DNA from: a virus
Virus record (IMG/VR): IMGVR_UViG_3300032893_000009
Span: 1-64,000 of that record
Length of the DNA stretch: 64,000 nucleotides
Direction: 5' to 3' (one strand)
Of this stretch, positions 45,905-55,697 are shown one piece after another. How positions within the stretch are numbered: position 1 is the stretch's first letter; every line of letters starts with the position of its first letter. The position numbers and the translations under genes are program-made. The notes beneath the pieces were generated by a model. That model saw only the letters and a list, made by a program, of their open reading frames with translations. It had not been told where the DNA came from and made no database searches.

Positions 45905-47449
45905 ATGCGTGTCTCGCCCTTGGTGGACAGTTGCGACCGTCTCATCTTCAAGAAAGCTGCCAAAACCTACAACCGGCTATCCCCCGAAAATCAGCGCTGG
46001 ATCGACTTCGAAGACGTCATACAGGACGGCTTTATTGAGGCATGGCAGGCCGAGCAGCGCTATCGGCAGGACTTCGGAACCAAATACTCCACCTATCTCT
46101 ATCGCGGCCTTGATCTGCTGTTTCATGGACGCTACCACGCCCCTTTGCAGCAGCAGAAGCGTGTGGCTCGTCTCAAAGAACTGGATGCGCCGGTCCCGGG
46201 CAGCGAGGACACGTTTCCCGATCTGGTAAGTCAGGAGCCGACGCCGGAGGAAATCTTTTCCGCTGTCTCCGGGGTGCTGCAGGTCTGCCATGCGCTTCCA
46301 CCCGATGCGGTGAGTTTTCTGCTGCAGGTTGTCACCACCGAGACGGGGCAGATTACAAGACGTGGCTCGAATTCTATAGTATTGATACCGGAGGCCTGCC
46401 AGCGGTACGACGTGCGCCGGGAGGACTTGGCGCTGATTATGGTCAGCGCCTACGCCAAGTCAATGCTGGTGGAGGGTGTGGTGGCTGCTGCCGGACATCT
46501 GGGAGAGGACGATGCCAAAGTTCTGGAGTGCATCAATTGCCGGGCGTCCTTCTCTCTTAACGATGCCCGCAAGGGGCGCTACTCGGCTACCAGTCTGACC
46601 TGTCTTACGTGTCTGCGTGAGCTGCACGCAAGCGGGCCGGAACTGACTTGCTTCGGACGCCGTAAGGTGGTAAAAGGAAAGACGGTCGTGGAGGGATACT
46701 CCGAGGCCGATACCGAATGCCGTATGCACTGCCGCGACCGGGTGGCGTGCAGGCAGTTCATCGAGAAAGGGGAGAAGCGTATGACGACGGGAAATGTGGA
46801 GAATATTGAACTGGAGACTGAGGGCATCGACTTTACGGACATCGAGACTGGTGACATCGAGGTGCCAGCATCGCCGGAAGCGGCCCCCGCAACTAAGCCG
46901 AGGAAGGCGGCTGCCAAGCGTGCTGCGAAGCCTGCGAAGGTCGTAGAACCCGAGCCGGTCGCAGCCGAGCCCGAGGCACCTGTCAAGAAGGCTGTGAAGG
47001 CGGCACCCAAGAAGGCTGTGAAGGCGGCACCCAAGAAGGCTGCGAAGAAGGCAGCACCCAAGAAGGCTGCGAAGAAGCCCGTGCAGCGGTCCAAGAAGTC
47101 CACTGCCAAGATCGATCCCAAGGAAGCCAAGAAGCAGGGTCTGATCAAGCTGGACGAGCAGGGCCGTGACCTGCCCTTCAAGCCGGGTAGCGTGATGCGC
47201 TACTACCTCACGGAGGCGATGGAGCCGGGTGGCACAACCGAGGCGGCGCTGGAGAAGTTTGCCAGCAAGAACGGTTACAACCACAAGTTCCAGATGGCCG
47301 TGCTGCTTAGTGGCAAGTCGGGTGACAGCGGACGCCGTCCCTATCCGAGCACGCACACGTGGAAGGTGGAGCGGGACGAGAAGACCGGCAAGATTCAGGT
47401 CTACAACGTGCGCCGGATCGCCTTCTATGCCCGCATGGACCGGGTGTAG
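45905..47449 (+). CDS. Sigma-factor region-2-like domain + zinc fingers + histone-like K/A/P-rich domain
   Basis: EDVIQDGFI..W....RY....GTKYSTYLY; CINC, CLTC, C..HC...C; KKAVKAAP repeats. Confidence 0.7.
   Translation: MRVSPLVDSCDRLIFKKAAKTYNRLSPENQRWIDFEDVIQDGFIEAWQAEQRYRQDFGTKYSTYLYRGLDLLFHGRYHAPLQQQKRVARLKELDAPVPGSEDTFPDLVSQEPTPEEIFSAVSGVLQVCHALPPDAVSFLLQVVTTETGQITRRGSNSIVLIPEACQRYDVRREDLALIMVSAYAKSMLVEGVVAAAGHLGEDDAKVLECINCRASFSLNDARKGRYSATSLTCLTCLRELHASGPELTCFGRRKVVKGKTVVEGYSEADTECRMHCRDRVACRQFIEKGEKRMTTGNVENIELETEGIDFTDIETGDIEVPASPEAAPATKPRKAAAKRAAKPAKVVEPEPVAAEPEAPVKKAVKAAPKKAVKAAPKKAAKKAAPKKAAKKPVQRSKKSTAKIDPKEAKKQGLIKLDEQGRDLPFKPGSVMRYYLTEAMEPGGTTEAALEKFASKNGYNHKFQMAVLLSGKSGDSGRRPYPSTHTWKVERDEKTGKIQVYNVRRIAFYARMDRV
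46984..47077 (+). repeat. 24-27 bp coding tandem repeat (KKAVKAAP)
   Basis: caagaaggctgtgaaggcggcacc twice, plus two variants. Confidence 0.9.
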
Positions 47450-47467
47450 GCCTGCCAACATTAAGCC

Positions 47468-47500
47468 AAGCCGCCGTCACTTCGACGGCGGTTTTCTTTT
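47468..47500 (+). terminator. Rho-independent terminator
   Basis: aagccgccgtc-acttc-gacggcggttt then tctttt. Confidence 0.85.
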
Positions 47501-47512
47501 ATAGAGTGAAGT

Positions 47513-48256
47513 ATGCCGGGATACATGGGCGGGAAGTTTCGCATCCGCTACCAGATTGCGGAGTACATCAACAGCCTGTCGCCACGGGTGTACATGGAGC
47601 CGTTCTGCGGCTTCTGCTGGGTGGGGGAACGGGTGCGCTGCCCGGTGCGCCATTTCTCCGACATCAACGCGGACGTGATCCTGATGTGGCAGGAACTGCA
47701 GAGGGGATGGAAGCCGCCGACGCAGATGACTGCCGAGGAGTTTGGTGCTCTGAAGCGCCAGCCCGGTCCATCGGCTCTGCGTGGCTTCGCGGGCACGTGC
47801 TGTGCTTACGGTGGCGAACTGCTGCGTGGCGGTTTCGCGCGGGACAAGCAAGGTGTCAACTATGCTGCGCAGGGTGCCCGGCAGCTGGGACGCCGCATAC
47901 TGGGCCTGCGGGGAGCGACCTTCGCCTGCATGGATTATCGTGCTGCGCTGGACAGCACCGACGCGGATGTGGTGTATCTCGACCCGCCATATGCAGGCAC
48001 TCGTGATTACGGCCAGTTCGATTCGGTGCAGTTCTGGACGGAGGTGCGCAGGCGTTCCGGTGGTAGGCGGCGCATTTTGGTTTCCGAGTACGAGGCCCCG
48101 GAGGACTTCACCGTGGTGCTGGCCACGCGCTCTCGCATGGGCTTGAGGGTGGGCAGCAGAAATGCGCTGGAGCACGAGCTGCGCGAGGAAAAGCTGTTCG
48201 AGTTCAATCCACCCGATAATAACCGGGTGGTATTCTCCTCCTTCGACGCGGGGTAG
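47513..48256 (+). CDS. DNA adenine methyltransferase (Dam/D12 class)
   Basis: YMGGK, EPFCG, SDIN, YLDPPY and VSEY. Confidence 0.9.
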   Translation: MPGYMGGKFRIRYQIAEYINSLSPRVYMEPFCGFCWVGERVRCPVRHFSDINADVILMWQELQRGWKPPTQMTAEEFGALKRQPGPSALRGFAGTCCAYGGELLRGGFARDKQGVNYAAQGARQLGRRILGLRGATFACMDYRAALDSTDADVVYLDPPYAGTRDYGQFDSVQFWTEVRRRSGGRRRILVSEYEAPEDFTVVLATRSRMGLRVGSRNALEHELREEKLFEFNPPDNNRVVFSSFDAG

Positions 48257-48274
48257 TTTTTATACTATGAAGGT

Positions 48275-49345
48275 ATGGCTACCCAACAGGTGAAAATGCC
48301 CGCCAAGAGTTTCCGTGCCTTGATAGGTGCTGTATTGAAGTTCCCGCCCTCTGCCACGGTGGCAGCATCTCAGGTAATTCATTTCGGTGTGAGCCGGGGG
48401 CGCGCTCGTGCCTCCATTGCCGGTACGATAGTGTCCACGGCCTCTGTGGTGTGTGGAAGTGCCCTAGACGACTTCAGCTCCGATTACCGGCCACTGGAGA
48501 GCTTTGCGGAGCTGCTGCCGGACGACGCCACCTTGGATATTGAGTCCTCTTCCAAGGAGAGTCACGTACTGTTCAAGTGCGGCGGTCTGGACCTCAAGCT
48601 ACCCTTAACCAAGGGGGCAGTGCTGCCCAGACCGAAGGTGCCGGAGCCTTTCTTCACGGCAACGGAGGAGACAGCTAAACTTCTGCGCTGGCTGGCGTCG
48701 GTAGCGGAGAGCGATGAAACCAAGCCTGACATGCACTGTGTGTACCTGCGCCACGGGGCGGCGATTGCCGGGGATCAGCAGTGCATCGTGATCATCAATC
48801 ACAAGGACCTTCCCGACGTGGATTCACCACTGCCGTTGTGCGTGTGTGCGCAGTTGAAGCCCGGGGACAAGCTGGCCAATGCTGAGAACGGTCTTCTGGT
48901 GGTGAGCGGGTGCGGCGTGGCACAGGTTCCCCATTTGACGCAGACACTTCATTTTCCGCTGGGCGTGGTGGACCGGCTGGAGGCCGCGAAGATGTCGAGC
49001 TATGGGCGCTGCGACGTGGCCGCGTTGCGCACCGTGTTCAAGGAATCGTCGGACTGCGTGGCCCGCATCCCCAACGTCCCGGCCTGCATCACCCTGACCT
49101 TCACCGACAGCGGTATTCACGTGCTGGCGAAGAGTGACACGGCCTCGTTCCACACCAGTTTGTCCGGCAAGGTTGATCTGGCTGGCAAGATGCTGCTGGA
49201 GCTTTCCAAGGCCGAGGAGGCGTTGGCCGGATTCGACGGCGGCGAGATCGTCTGCAGTCAGTTGCTGCCCAAAGGTGAGGGCTTGCTGGCAGGAGGCGTA
49301 GTACGGGCGTTCTTCTCTCCGGTGCATCTGACTGGGGCGAAGTGA
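48275..49345 (+). CDS. Putative sliding clamp (beta-clamp-like)
   Basis: 356-aa alpha/beta protein, A..DETKP.M..VY pattern, adjacent to the polymerase, with a clamp loader present. Divergent. Confidence 0.55.
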   Translation: MATQQVKMPAKSFRALIGAVLKFPPSATVAASQVIHFGVSRGRARASIAGTIVSTASVVCGSALDDFSSDYRPLESFAELLPDDATLDIESSSKESHVLFKCGGLDLKLPLTKGAVLPRPKVPEPFFTATEETAKLLRWLASVAESDETKPDMHCVYLRHGAAIAGDQQCIVIINHKDLPDVDSPLPLCVCAQLKPGDKLANAENGLLVVSGCGVAQVPHLTQTLHFPLGVVDRLEAAKMSSYGRCDVAALRTVFKESSDCVARIPNVPACITLTFTDSGIHVLAKSDTASFHTSLSGKVDLAGKMLLELSKAEEALAGFDGGEIVCSQLLPKGEGLLAGGVVRAFFSPVHLTGAK

Positions 49346-49347
49346 GC

Positions 49348-49437
49348 TTACTTCGGACGCGGCTTCGGCTGGGGCTTGGGTGTCTTGACCGAAGCCTGCA
49401 TCTGCTTGATAACCCGACGCTGATCCCAGAAGCTCAT
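49348..49437 (-). CDS. 29-aa basic Pro/Lys-rich peptide
   Basis: MSFWDQRRVIKQMQASVKTPKPQPKPRPK fills the intergenic gap and has its own promoter. Confidence 0.5.
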   Translation of the reverse strand: MSFWDQRRVIKQMQASVKTPKPQPKPRPK

Positions 49438-49447
49438 ACTGACGGGG

Positions 49448-49477
49448 ACGTTACCATGGAATCTTCCGACATGTCAA
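49448..49477 (-). promoter_or_regulatory. Sigma70-type promoter on minus strand
   Basis: TTGACA-N18-TAACGT with extended TG, 10 nt before ATG 49437. Confidence 0.6.
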
Positions 49478-49493
49478 ATGAAGATGGTGTTAC

Positions 49494-52400
49494 ATGCCCT
49501 TTGCCGAGCTGACACAGGTGCGCAGAACCAAGCGGATTCGCAAGGACGCTCCGCGTGGTTGTGAAGCGTGCCCGCTGAACAAAATCGAAGGCATTAACAA
49601 GATCATGGGCACCATCAGGGGCAAGCGCATTCTGGTGGTGGGCCAGAGCCCCGGCATGACCGAGAACCGCGCGGGCCACGAGTTCGTCGGCGACTCCGGT
49701 GAATTCCTGTGGGTGGAGATGGACGCGGTGGGCCTGCATCGCGAGGACTGCGACATCTTCAACGTGGTGCGCTGTGTCCCTGCCGACCTGATCGAGGGCA
49801 CCTACTTCAGCAGGCTGAAGATGCGCAGCCCCACCCCGGAGGAGATTCACTGCTGCTCCGTTCACACCGAGAACACGCTGCCCAAGGTCAAGGCCAAGCA
49901 CATCCTGATTCTCGGCCAGATTGCGCAGAAGGCTTTTCTGGAGACGCGCTCGGTCCCGCAGCAGAAGATTTTCTGGAGCGAGAAGCACCAAGCAAAAATC
50001 TATCTTGCCGATCACCCCAGCTTCTTCATTCGCGGCTATGGTGCAGGGGCACGCATCGAGGCCTTCCGTTCCACTCTGAAGCAACTGGCCATCGACGCCA
50101 GCGATGGGGATTATGCGGAGAGAGCGGACGACAACTTCAGCTATCTGCGCGAGCAGCGATACCTGTTGATCTCCACAGCGAAGCGTGCGGCGTGGGCAGC
50201 TAATATCATTAAGGCTTACGCAGCCAAGGGCCGTCGCATCTCAGTCGATGTGGAGTACGACATTTTCGACGGCAACCGTTTCATTTTTGCCTGCGGCTTC
50301 TGCCCCCAGCCGGGACTGACTTTCGTTTTCGTGAATGACTTTCCTGCAGTACAGCAGGGTGATCAGGATCGGCGTGCCGTGCTCTTCCACCGTGACGCGC
50401 TGCTTAGTAATGCTGCTATCAAGAAGGTGTTCCATTACGGCTGCTCGGATATCAATGCGCTGGAGGAGGACGGGGTTACAGTGCAGGGCTATGACTGGGA
50501 CACCAACGTAAGCGAGTATCTGTACTACCCGGACGAACACAACAAGTACGGCTTGGCCAACATCGCCGAGCGCCGCTTCCAGCAGTTCTCCGGCTACAAG
50601 CACATCATCTTCGACGACCTGTTCAATGCTATGCCCGAGGACGTGAAGGTTCCCCCGGCAGTGCGTGGCGGCTCCTACGATTCCAAGGAGACGTGGCTCA
50701 AGGCGCACGGTGGATTTCATCTGAGCCGGTTGCGTGCCGACACTCTGCGCCTGTACAACGGTGCGGACTGCGACCTCACCAAGCGCATCGAGATAGACAA
50801 CAAGAAGAAGGTGCCGCATGCGCTGGTGAAGCTCTACATGGACCTGAATTTTCTGCTGCTCAGGATGGAGCAGAATGGCCCGTGGTTCGACGACTGGCAG
50901 CACAGGCAGGTGAGCCGGTTGTGGCCGTATCTGGAGCAGAAGGCGCTTGCTGAGCTGCGGGAGATGGTGGGCAGGCCGGACTTCAATCCCGGCAGCCCCG
51001 ATCAGGTTTACGACGTGATCTACAACCAGCTGGGGCTGATATATCCACTGCGCAAGGGCAAGCCAAACACACGCAAGCAGACTCTGATGATGCTCTCCCG
51101 CGAGAGCCCGGTGCCCAGTGCTGTGCTGGGGTGGCGTAGATTGAGCAAGGCCCTGTCCACCTACATAGACGGGCCGAAGGCCGTGGCCGAGCGCTTCGGT
51201 GGCCGGGTGAAAACCGTGTGGTGGTCTACCGGGACGACCTCCGGGCGGCTGTCTTCAAGCGGCGGTGATGAAGGTGGCATGAACCTGCAGAATCTGCACA
51301 AGAACAAGCAGCTGCAGAATCAGTACGTGGCTGACCGGCGCTGGCGGCAGGTGTTCAACGTCATTGCCAAGATCAAGCGCACTTACCACAAGGATCGCTG
51401 GGAGACGGAGATTGAGTGCTGGGTGCGCCAGCACATGCCCGATCTTAAGACCTTCCTGATCCTCGACTACGGCCAGATCGAGGTGCGTGTTGCAGCGCAG
51501 GTGTCAGGTGATAAGAACCTGATTCACGACTGCGCCGAGTCCGACATTCACACCCGCGTGGGCGTGACCATGACCGGGTGGGAAGCGGACAAGATCAAGC
51601 ACGATAACGCGACGCGCACGTTGACCAAGAACGTCCACTTCGGCATTTTGTTCGGCATTGAGAAGCACAACCTGTTCGACTTCATCAAGGCTATGAACCC
51701 GGATTTCGACGGCACCGAGGAGATGGTGTTCGAGGCCTATGACCGCTACTTCGCACGCTATCGCGGCGTGGCGCGGTACATTGAGCAGCAGCGGGCTCAG
51801 GCGCAGGGCTTGGGCTACTGCGAAACCATGTTCGGGCTGCACCGGGCGCTGAATGTCACCGACAAGTACGCCGACAACGATGAGGACGACGACCGCGAAT
51901 TCTTTGACAGCTCCGGCGAGCGGCAGACCTCATGGCGCAATCAGTGTATCAACTGTGTGGATATGGGGACGGAAGCTCTTACGCAGCGTGGCTGGGTGCG
52001 CGGAACCGATTTGCGCCCCGGGGATGTGCTATTAACTAAGAATGCCGTTAGCGGGGCGTTGGAATGGCAGGCCGCAACGGATATTAAGGTCTACCCGCGT
52101 CATAAGTCTAAATTGATGCAGTTCAAGTCTCGCACTTTTGACTCTGCCTCGACGCTGGATCATCGTTGGCTTGTGAATGAAAAGAAGGGGAGGGTAAAGC
52201 GTGCAGACGTCGAGTGCAGACTAACATCTGAGATCACGCAAGAGATGCGTATACACCGGACAGGGGCGTATGCTGCCCCGGCAGTTTCTCCTTACTCCGA
52301 TGATTTTGTGCGCTTGGCTGCTTGGTATTTGACCGACGGAAGTTGCTGTTCAGGAGAGGGGTATTCTAGATCGGCGTGTATGCTCTTTCAAAGTCGTGTG

Positions 52401-53402
52401 GGGAACGTTGCGAAAGTGCGGATGATAGACGCTTTGATGGAACGGCTGCGTAAGAATGAGGGTCTTCACTATAGGACTAAATCAAAGGCGCTGCGGCGTA
52501 GCGAGGTGGTTTGGCATTTTGCCGGGGACTTTGGTGTGCGTATGCGCGCGCTGTTTCCAGAACGGTGTTTGACCCCGCAGTTCCTGACGCAGCTTACTAA
52601 AAGGCAGCTTCACATTTTGTTGCACACCATGGTCCTTGGTAACGGCTCTGGTTCTGAACTCAGCACTTTGAAAAAATTGGGTCGTGGGAAGATTACCTTC
52701 GGCACCTCGCGTCGTGCGACTGCCGATGCTTTTCAGATGCTTGTTTCTATGAATGATTTGCACGCCTCGCTGGCTGTGCGCGACTTTTCTGTGTATAACG
52801 CAGGACGTAAAACCTACGAATCTATGCAGAACAATCCTCAGTCCGGCGCTCCTTATTATGTTCTGACACTGTGCAATCGCAAATTTGCTGCTATCTATCC
52901 TCAGCACAAATCGTTCGTGCAGAATGTTGGTGTGTGGTGCCCGATGGTTCCGAATACTTATTTTGTTGCTCGACGCAACGGGCATGTGTTTGTGACAGGA
53001 AACACGCCAATTCAGGGCACAGCTCATCAGCTGCTGGTCTGCGGTATGGTGAATCTGGTGCGCAAGCCGGAAGAGTATACGGTGCTGGGCGCTCCCAGCA
53101 TGGACGTTCACGATGCGCTTTACATGATCGTGAATGTGCTGGAGCTGCAAGAGGCCTATCGCAAGGCCCGCTATCTGCTGGAGGAGGGGTCTCTGAGTAC
53201 GGTCAAGTCCGACTTCCCGCATATCGACTGGAAGGTTCCCATCCGGGTTGCTGCCGAGGCGGGCATCCGGCTGGGTGGCCGTGTGGATTTGGAGGACGAC
53301 AAGTTCACCGTGGGCGGCTATCTGCTCGACTGGTACGGGGTGACCAAGAAGCAGATGCTCGATCTGCATCAGCAACTGGCTGAGGTACCGGACGCCGTAT
53401 GA
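49494..53402 (+). CDS. polA: Family-4 UDG-like domain fused to family A DNA polymerase, with intein
   Basis: C..CPL, VGQSPG..E...FVG.SG, N.VRC.P, HPS (UDG); DVE / YNG.D (3'-5' exonuclease); GRLSS, DYGQIEVR, K.VHFG, PIQG, VHD (polymerase). Confidence 0.93.
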   Translation: MPFAELTQVRRTKRIRKDAPRGCEACPLNKIEGINKIMGTIRGKRILVVGQSPGMTENRAGHEFVGDSGEFLWVEMDAVGLHREDCDIFNVVRCVPADLIEGTYFSRLKMRSPTPEEIHCCSVHTENTLPKVKAKHILILGQIAQKAFLETRSVPQQKIFWSEKHQAKIYLADHPSFFIRGYGAGARIEAFRSTLKQLAIDASDGDYAERADDNFSYLREQRYLLISTAKRAAWAANIIKAYAAKGRRISVDVEYDIFDGNRFIFACGFCPQPGLTFVFVNDFPAVQQGDQDRRAVLFHRDALLSNAAIKKVFHYGCSDINALEEDGVTVQGYDWDTNVSEYLYYPDEHNKYGLANIAERRFQQFSGYKHIIFDDLFNAMPEDVKVPPAVRGGSYDSKETWLKAHGGFHLSRLRADTLRLYNGADCDLTKRIEIDNKKKVPHALVKLYMDLNFLLLRMEQNGPWFDDWQHRQVSRLWPYLEQKALAELREMVGRPDFNPGSPDQVYDVIYNQLGLIYPLRKGKPNTRKQTLMMLSRESPVPSAVLGWRRLSKALSTYIDGPKAVAERFGGRVKTVWWSTGTTSGRLSSSGGDEGGMNLQNLHKNKQLQNQYVADRRWRQVFNVIAKIKRTYHKDRWETEIECWVRQHMPDLKTFLILDYGQIEVRVAAQVSGDKNLIHDCAESDIHTRVGVTMTGWEADKIKHDNATRTLTKNVHFGILFGIEKHNLFDFIKAMNPDFDGTEEMVFEAYDRYFARYRGVARYIEQQRAQAQGLGYCETMFGLHRALNVTDKYADNDEDDDREFFDSSGERQTSWRNQCINCVDMGTEALTQRGWVRGTDLRPGDVLLTKNAVSGALEWQAATDIKVYPRHKSKLMQFKSRTFDSASTLDHRWLVNEKKGRVKRADVECRLTSEITQEMRIHRTGAYAAPAVSPYSDDFVRLAAWYLTDGSCCSGEGYSRSACMLFQSRVGNVAKVRMIDALMERLRKNEGLHYRTKSKALRRSEVVWHFAGDFGVRMRALFPERCLTPQFLTQLTKRQLHILLHTMVLGNGSGSELSTLKKLGRGKITFGTSRRATADAFQMLVSMNDLHASLAVRDFSVYNAGRKTYESMQNNPQSGAPYYVLTLCNRKFAAIYPQHKSFVQNVGVWCPMVPNTYFVARRNGHVFVTGNTPIQGTAHQLLVCGMVNLVRKPEEYTVLGAPSMDVHDALYMIVNVLELQEAYRKARYLLEEGSLSTVKSDFPHIDWKVPIRVAAEAGIRLGGRVDLEDDKFTVGGYLLDWYGVTKKQMLDLHQQLAEVPDAV
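51954..53003 (+). mobile_element. Intein (350 aa) with LAGLIDADG-type endonuclease region
   Basis: Starts CVDMGTEALT.RGW, has a T.DH block and LAAWYLTDG, ends FVARRNG...TGN before T. Splits N|TPIQG; lower GC. Confidence 0.92.
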
Positions 53403-53420
53403 ATTCTCTAGTATGAATTG

Positions 53421-53972
53421 ATGGCTATCGATTCCAATCTGTTGATCAAGCGCTTGGCTCTGGTGGACGAAAACATCCTTGCCGAGGCCGCCTTGCAGCC
53501 CCAGCGCTTCGTGGATGCCGCCCGCTACCGCGTGGAGGCCATGAAACAGCGTGCGCAGGCACAGGCTGAGCTGGAGTACCGGCGCAGCAGGCTGGCGCTG
53601 GCTGTACGGGCCAAGGTTGCTGCATCCGGGGAGCGTGCCACCGACAAGAACACTGCCGAGCGGGTGGAGAACCACTCCATGATCCGCGAGCTGCGCGCCA
53701 AGCTGGATCGGGCGCTGGAGGTTGAGGAGTTCGCTCGCCTGATCATGGAAGCCTACCGCATGCGCCGCGACGCCATTCGCGTGATCGCCGAGACGCAGAT
53801 TGCCGAGGGTGTGAAGGAGAGCCGCGAGCTGGAGCACATTGAGCAGCGGCGCAAGGTCAATCGGGTGGCGCGCAGTCTTGCCGAGCGGCGGCAACGTGTA
53901 GAGGCACCAGCCAACGACGAGGTTGACCCCTACGACCCTAATCTCCGGGGCGAAGACTTGGAGGAGCCATGA
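53421..53972 (+). CDS. UvsY-like recombination mediator
   Basis: Helical hairpin pattern ER.T.....V......LIMEAY.MR; clusters with SSB and RecA. Confidence 0.55.
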   Translation: MAIDSNLLIKRLALVDENILAEAALQPQRFVDAARYRVEAMKQRAQAQAELEYRRSRLALAVRAKVAASGERATDKNTAERVENHSMIRELRAKLDRALEVEEFARLIMEAYRMRRDAIRVIAETQIAEGVKESRELEHIEQRRKVNRVARSLAERRQRVEAPANDEVDPYDPNLRGEDLEEP

Positions 53973-54172
53973 GTATGAGTGACGATCTTGTAACGTATCC
54001 CGGGCTGTTCCGTGTCAAGTTGCTGGAGCTTCTTGCTCGTGCTTTGCAGCGGCAAAGTACAGCTGCCGAGGCAGTCGAGGTTTTGCGTATGCTTGGCTGC
54101 CCCGATAACGCTTCGGTGTCGGAAATAAAGGCCGCTCTCCAGCATGCTTTGGAGGTGATTTACAGTGACTGA
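53969..54172 (+). CDS. Hypothetical protein
   Basis: Coupled overlaps at both ends. Confidence 0.55.
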   Translation: MSMSDDLVTYPGLFRVKLLELLARALQRQSTAAEAVEVLRMLGCPDNASVSEIKAALQHALEVIYSD

Positions 54173-54497
54173 CAAGCCTCTGAGCAAGCTGGGCATCACT
54201 GGGGTCACGGTGAGCGTGGAGATCGCCGACAAGAACTACGGTTCCGGCCAGAGTGATTTCATGTCGGTAAGTTCGCGGATACCCGATGGAATGCCCGGGT
54301 TGCCGATGGATATGGACACCGTGATCGGCGACGGGCTGGACAAGTATTTTGCGGCATGGCAGACGTTGCTGCAGGCCGCGCTGGCTTCAGGCAGGATCGA
54401 TCAGGCCGACTACATGGAGCAGACGCGCAGGTTTTTGACTAGAGTAGAGAAGGTTCGGGTTTTGTATCGGAAGATGGTTAAGGCGGAAGCCGTATGA
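54165..54497 (+). CDS. Hypothetical protein
   Basis: ggaggt RBS, GTG start. Confidence 0.65.
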   Translation: MTDKPLSKLGITGVTVSVEIADKNYGSGQSDFMSVSSRIPDGMPGLPMDMDTVIGDGLDKYFAAWQTLLQAALASGRIDQADYMEQTRRFLTRVEKVRVLYRKMVKAEAV

Positions 54498-54527
54498 GCG
54501 GTAATTCACAATTGGAGATACAAAACA

Positions 54528-55640
54528 ATGGCTTTCGACGAAAGGGCTTATGCACGCAAGCGCGCGGAGCAGCGGCAGCAAAGCTCGTGGTACAAGCTGA
54601 AGGTGGGCGACAACCGCTTCCGCATTCTGCCCACTCCGCCTCCGAAGAAGATCACCTCGGAAACTGACCGGCTGTTCTTCAAGGAGTACGCACTACACCG
54701 CGACGTCGGGCCGCAGAAGGTTACGGTGCGTTGCGGCATCGATCCGGTCAGTGGCGAGGGAGAGTGCTGGATTTGCGACAAGCTGATCCCGCACCTGCAG
54801 GCCAAGAGGCTGGAGCAGCGGGCATCTGCACTGCAGGCCAAGACACAGTTTCTGGTGCAGGTGGCCAGTGTGGATGACGACGACAAGATGACCGGGCCAT
54901 TTCTGTTCACCCCGGCCAAGACTGTCGCCGACCAGCTGCTGGCCTCGATCTTCGGCGCGAAGAAGAAGAGCTACACCGACCCCGTGCGCGGCTACAACAT
55001 TTCTGTCTCCCGTACTGGTACCGGCAAGAACGATACCAAGTACGGCATGATCACTGCGGACGAGGACCCCACCCCGGTTCCCAAGGCGCTGCTGGACAAG
55101 CTGAAGCCGTTTGCGGAACTGAAGGAGGTTCCGATCTACTCGCAGGCCAAGCAGCAGGCTGCTTATAGTGGCAAGTCTGTGGACGAGGTTGAGCCTGAGC
55201 AGGAAGAGGAGCAGCCGCGCAGTCGCCGCAGGGCTGTTGCCGAGGAAGTGGAAGAGCCTGTGGAGGACATCGATACCGAGGCCGAGGCGGTGGATGAGGA
55301 CGACCCTGACTTGGATGCCGATGAGCCAGTGGATGGCGAGGACCTGCCTGCAGAGGACGAGGAGCTGGTGGAAGAGCCTCCCGCGCCCCGTGCCAAGCCG
55401 AAGGCCAAGCCTGTTGCCGTGCGCCGTCCAGCTCCGGTAGAGGAAGTCGCGGATGAGCCCCTTGAGGACGACATCCCCGACGACATCGATCTGGATGCAA
55501 TCGATGATGAGGGCGACGACGCCCCCGACCCGGAGCCTGTGCGGAGGCCTGCTGCCAAGCCGGGTCCACGGCCCGTGGCTGCCAAACCAGCTGCGCGGCC
55601 CGCGTCGAGGGTCTCGGCCCCCAATCCGAAGCGCCGGTAA
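54528..55640 (+). CDS. Single-stranded DNA-binding protein (T4 gp32-like)
   Basis: RFRILP, H...C...CWIC, DP..GYN...RTG.G..TKY and a long acidic tail. Confidence 0.8.
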   Translation: MAFDERAYARKRAEQRQQSSWYKLKVGDNRFRILPTPPPKKITSETDRLFFKEYALHRDVGPQKVTVRCGIDPVSGEGECWICDKLIPHLQAKRLEQRASALQAKTQFLVQVASVDDDDKMTGPFLFTPAKTVADQLLASIFGAKKKSYTDPVRGYNISVSRTGTGKNDTKYGMITADEDPTPVPKALLDKLKPFAELKEVPIYSQAKQQAAYSGKSVDEVEPEQEEEQPRSRRRAVAEEVEEPVEDIDTEAEAVDEDDPDLDADEPVDGEDLPAEDEELVEEPPAPRAKPKAKPVAVRRPAPVEEVADEPLEDDIPDDIDLDAIDDEGDDAPDPEPVRRPAAKPGPRPVAAKPAARPASRVSAPNPKRR

Positions 55641-55697
55641 TCCGAGCAGCTAACTGAGGCCCGGAGCATCGGGCCTCATTCTTTCTGGAGATGCGAC

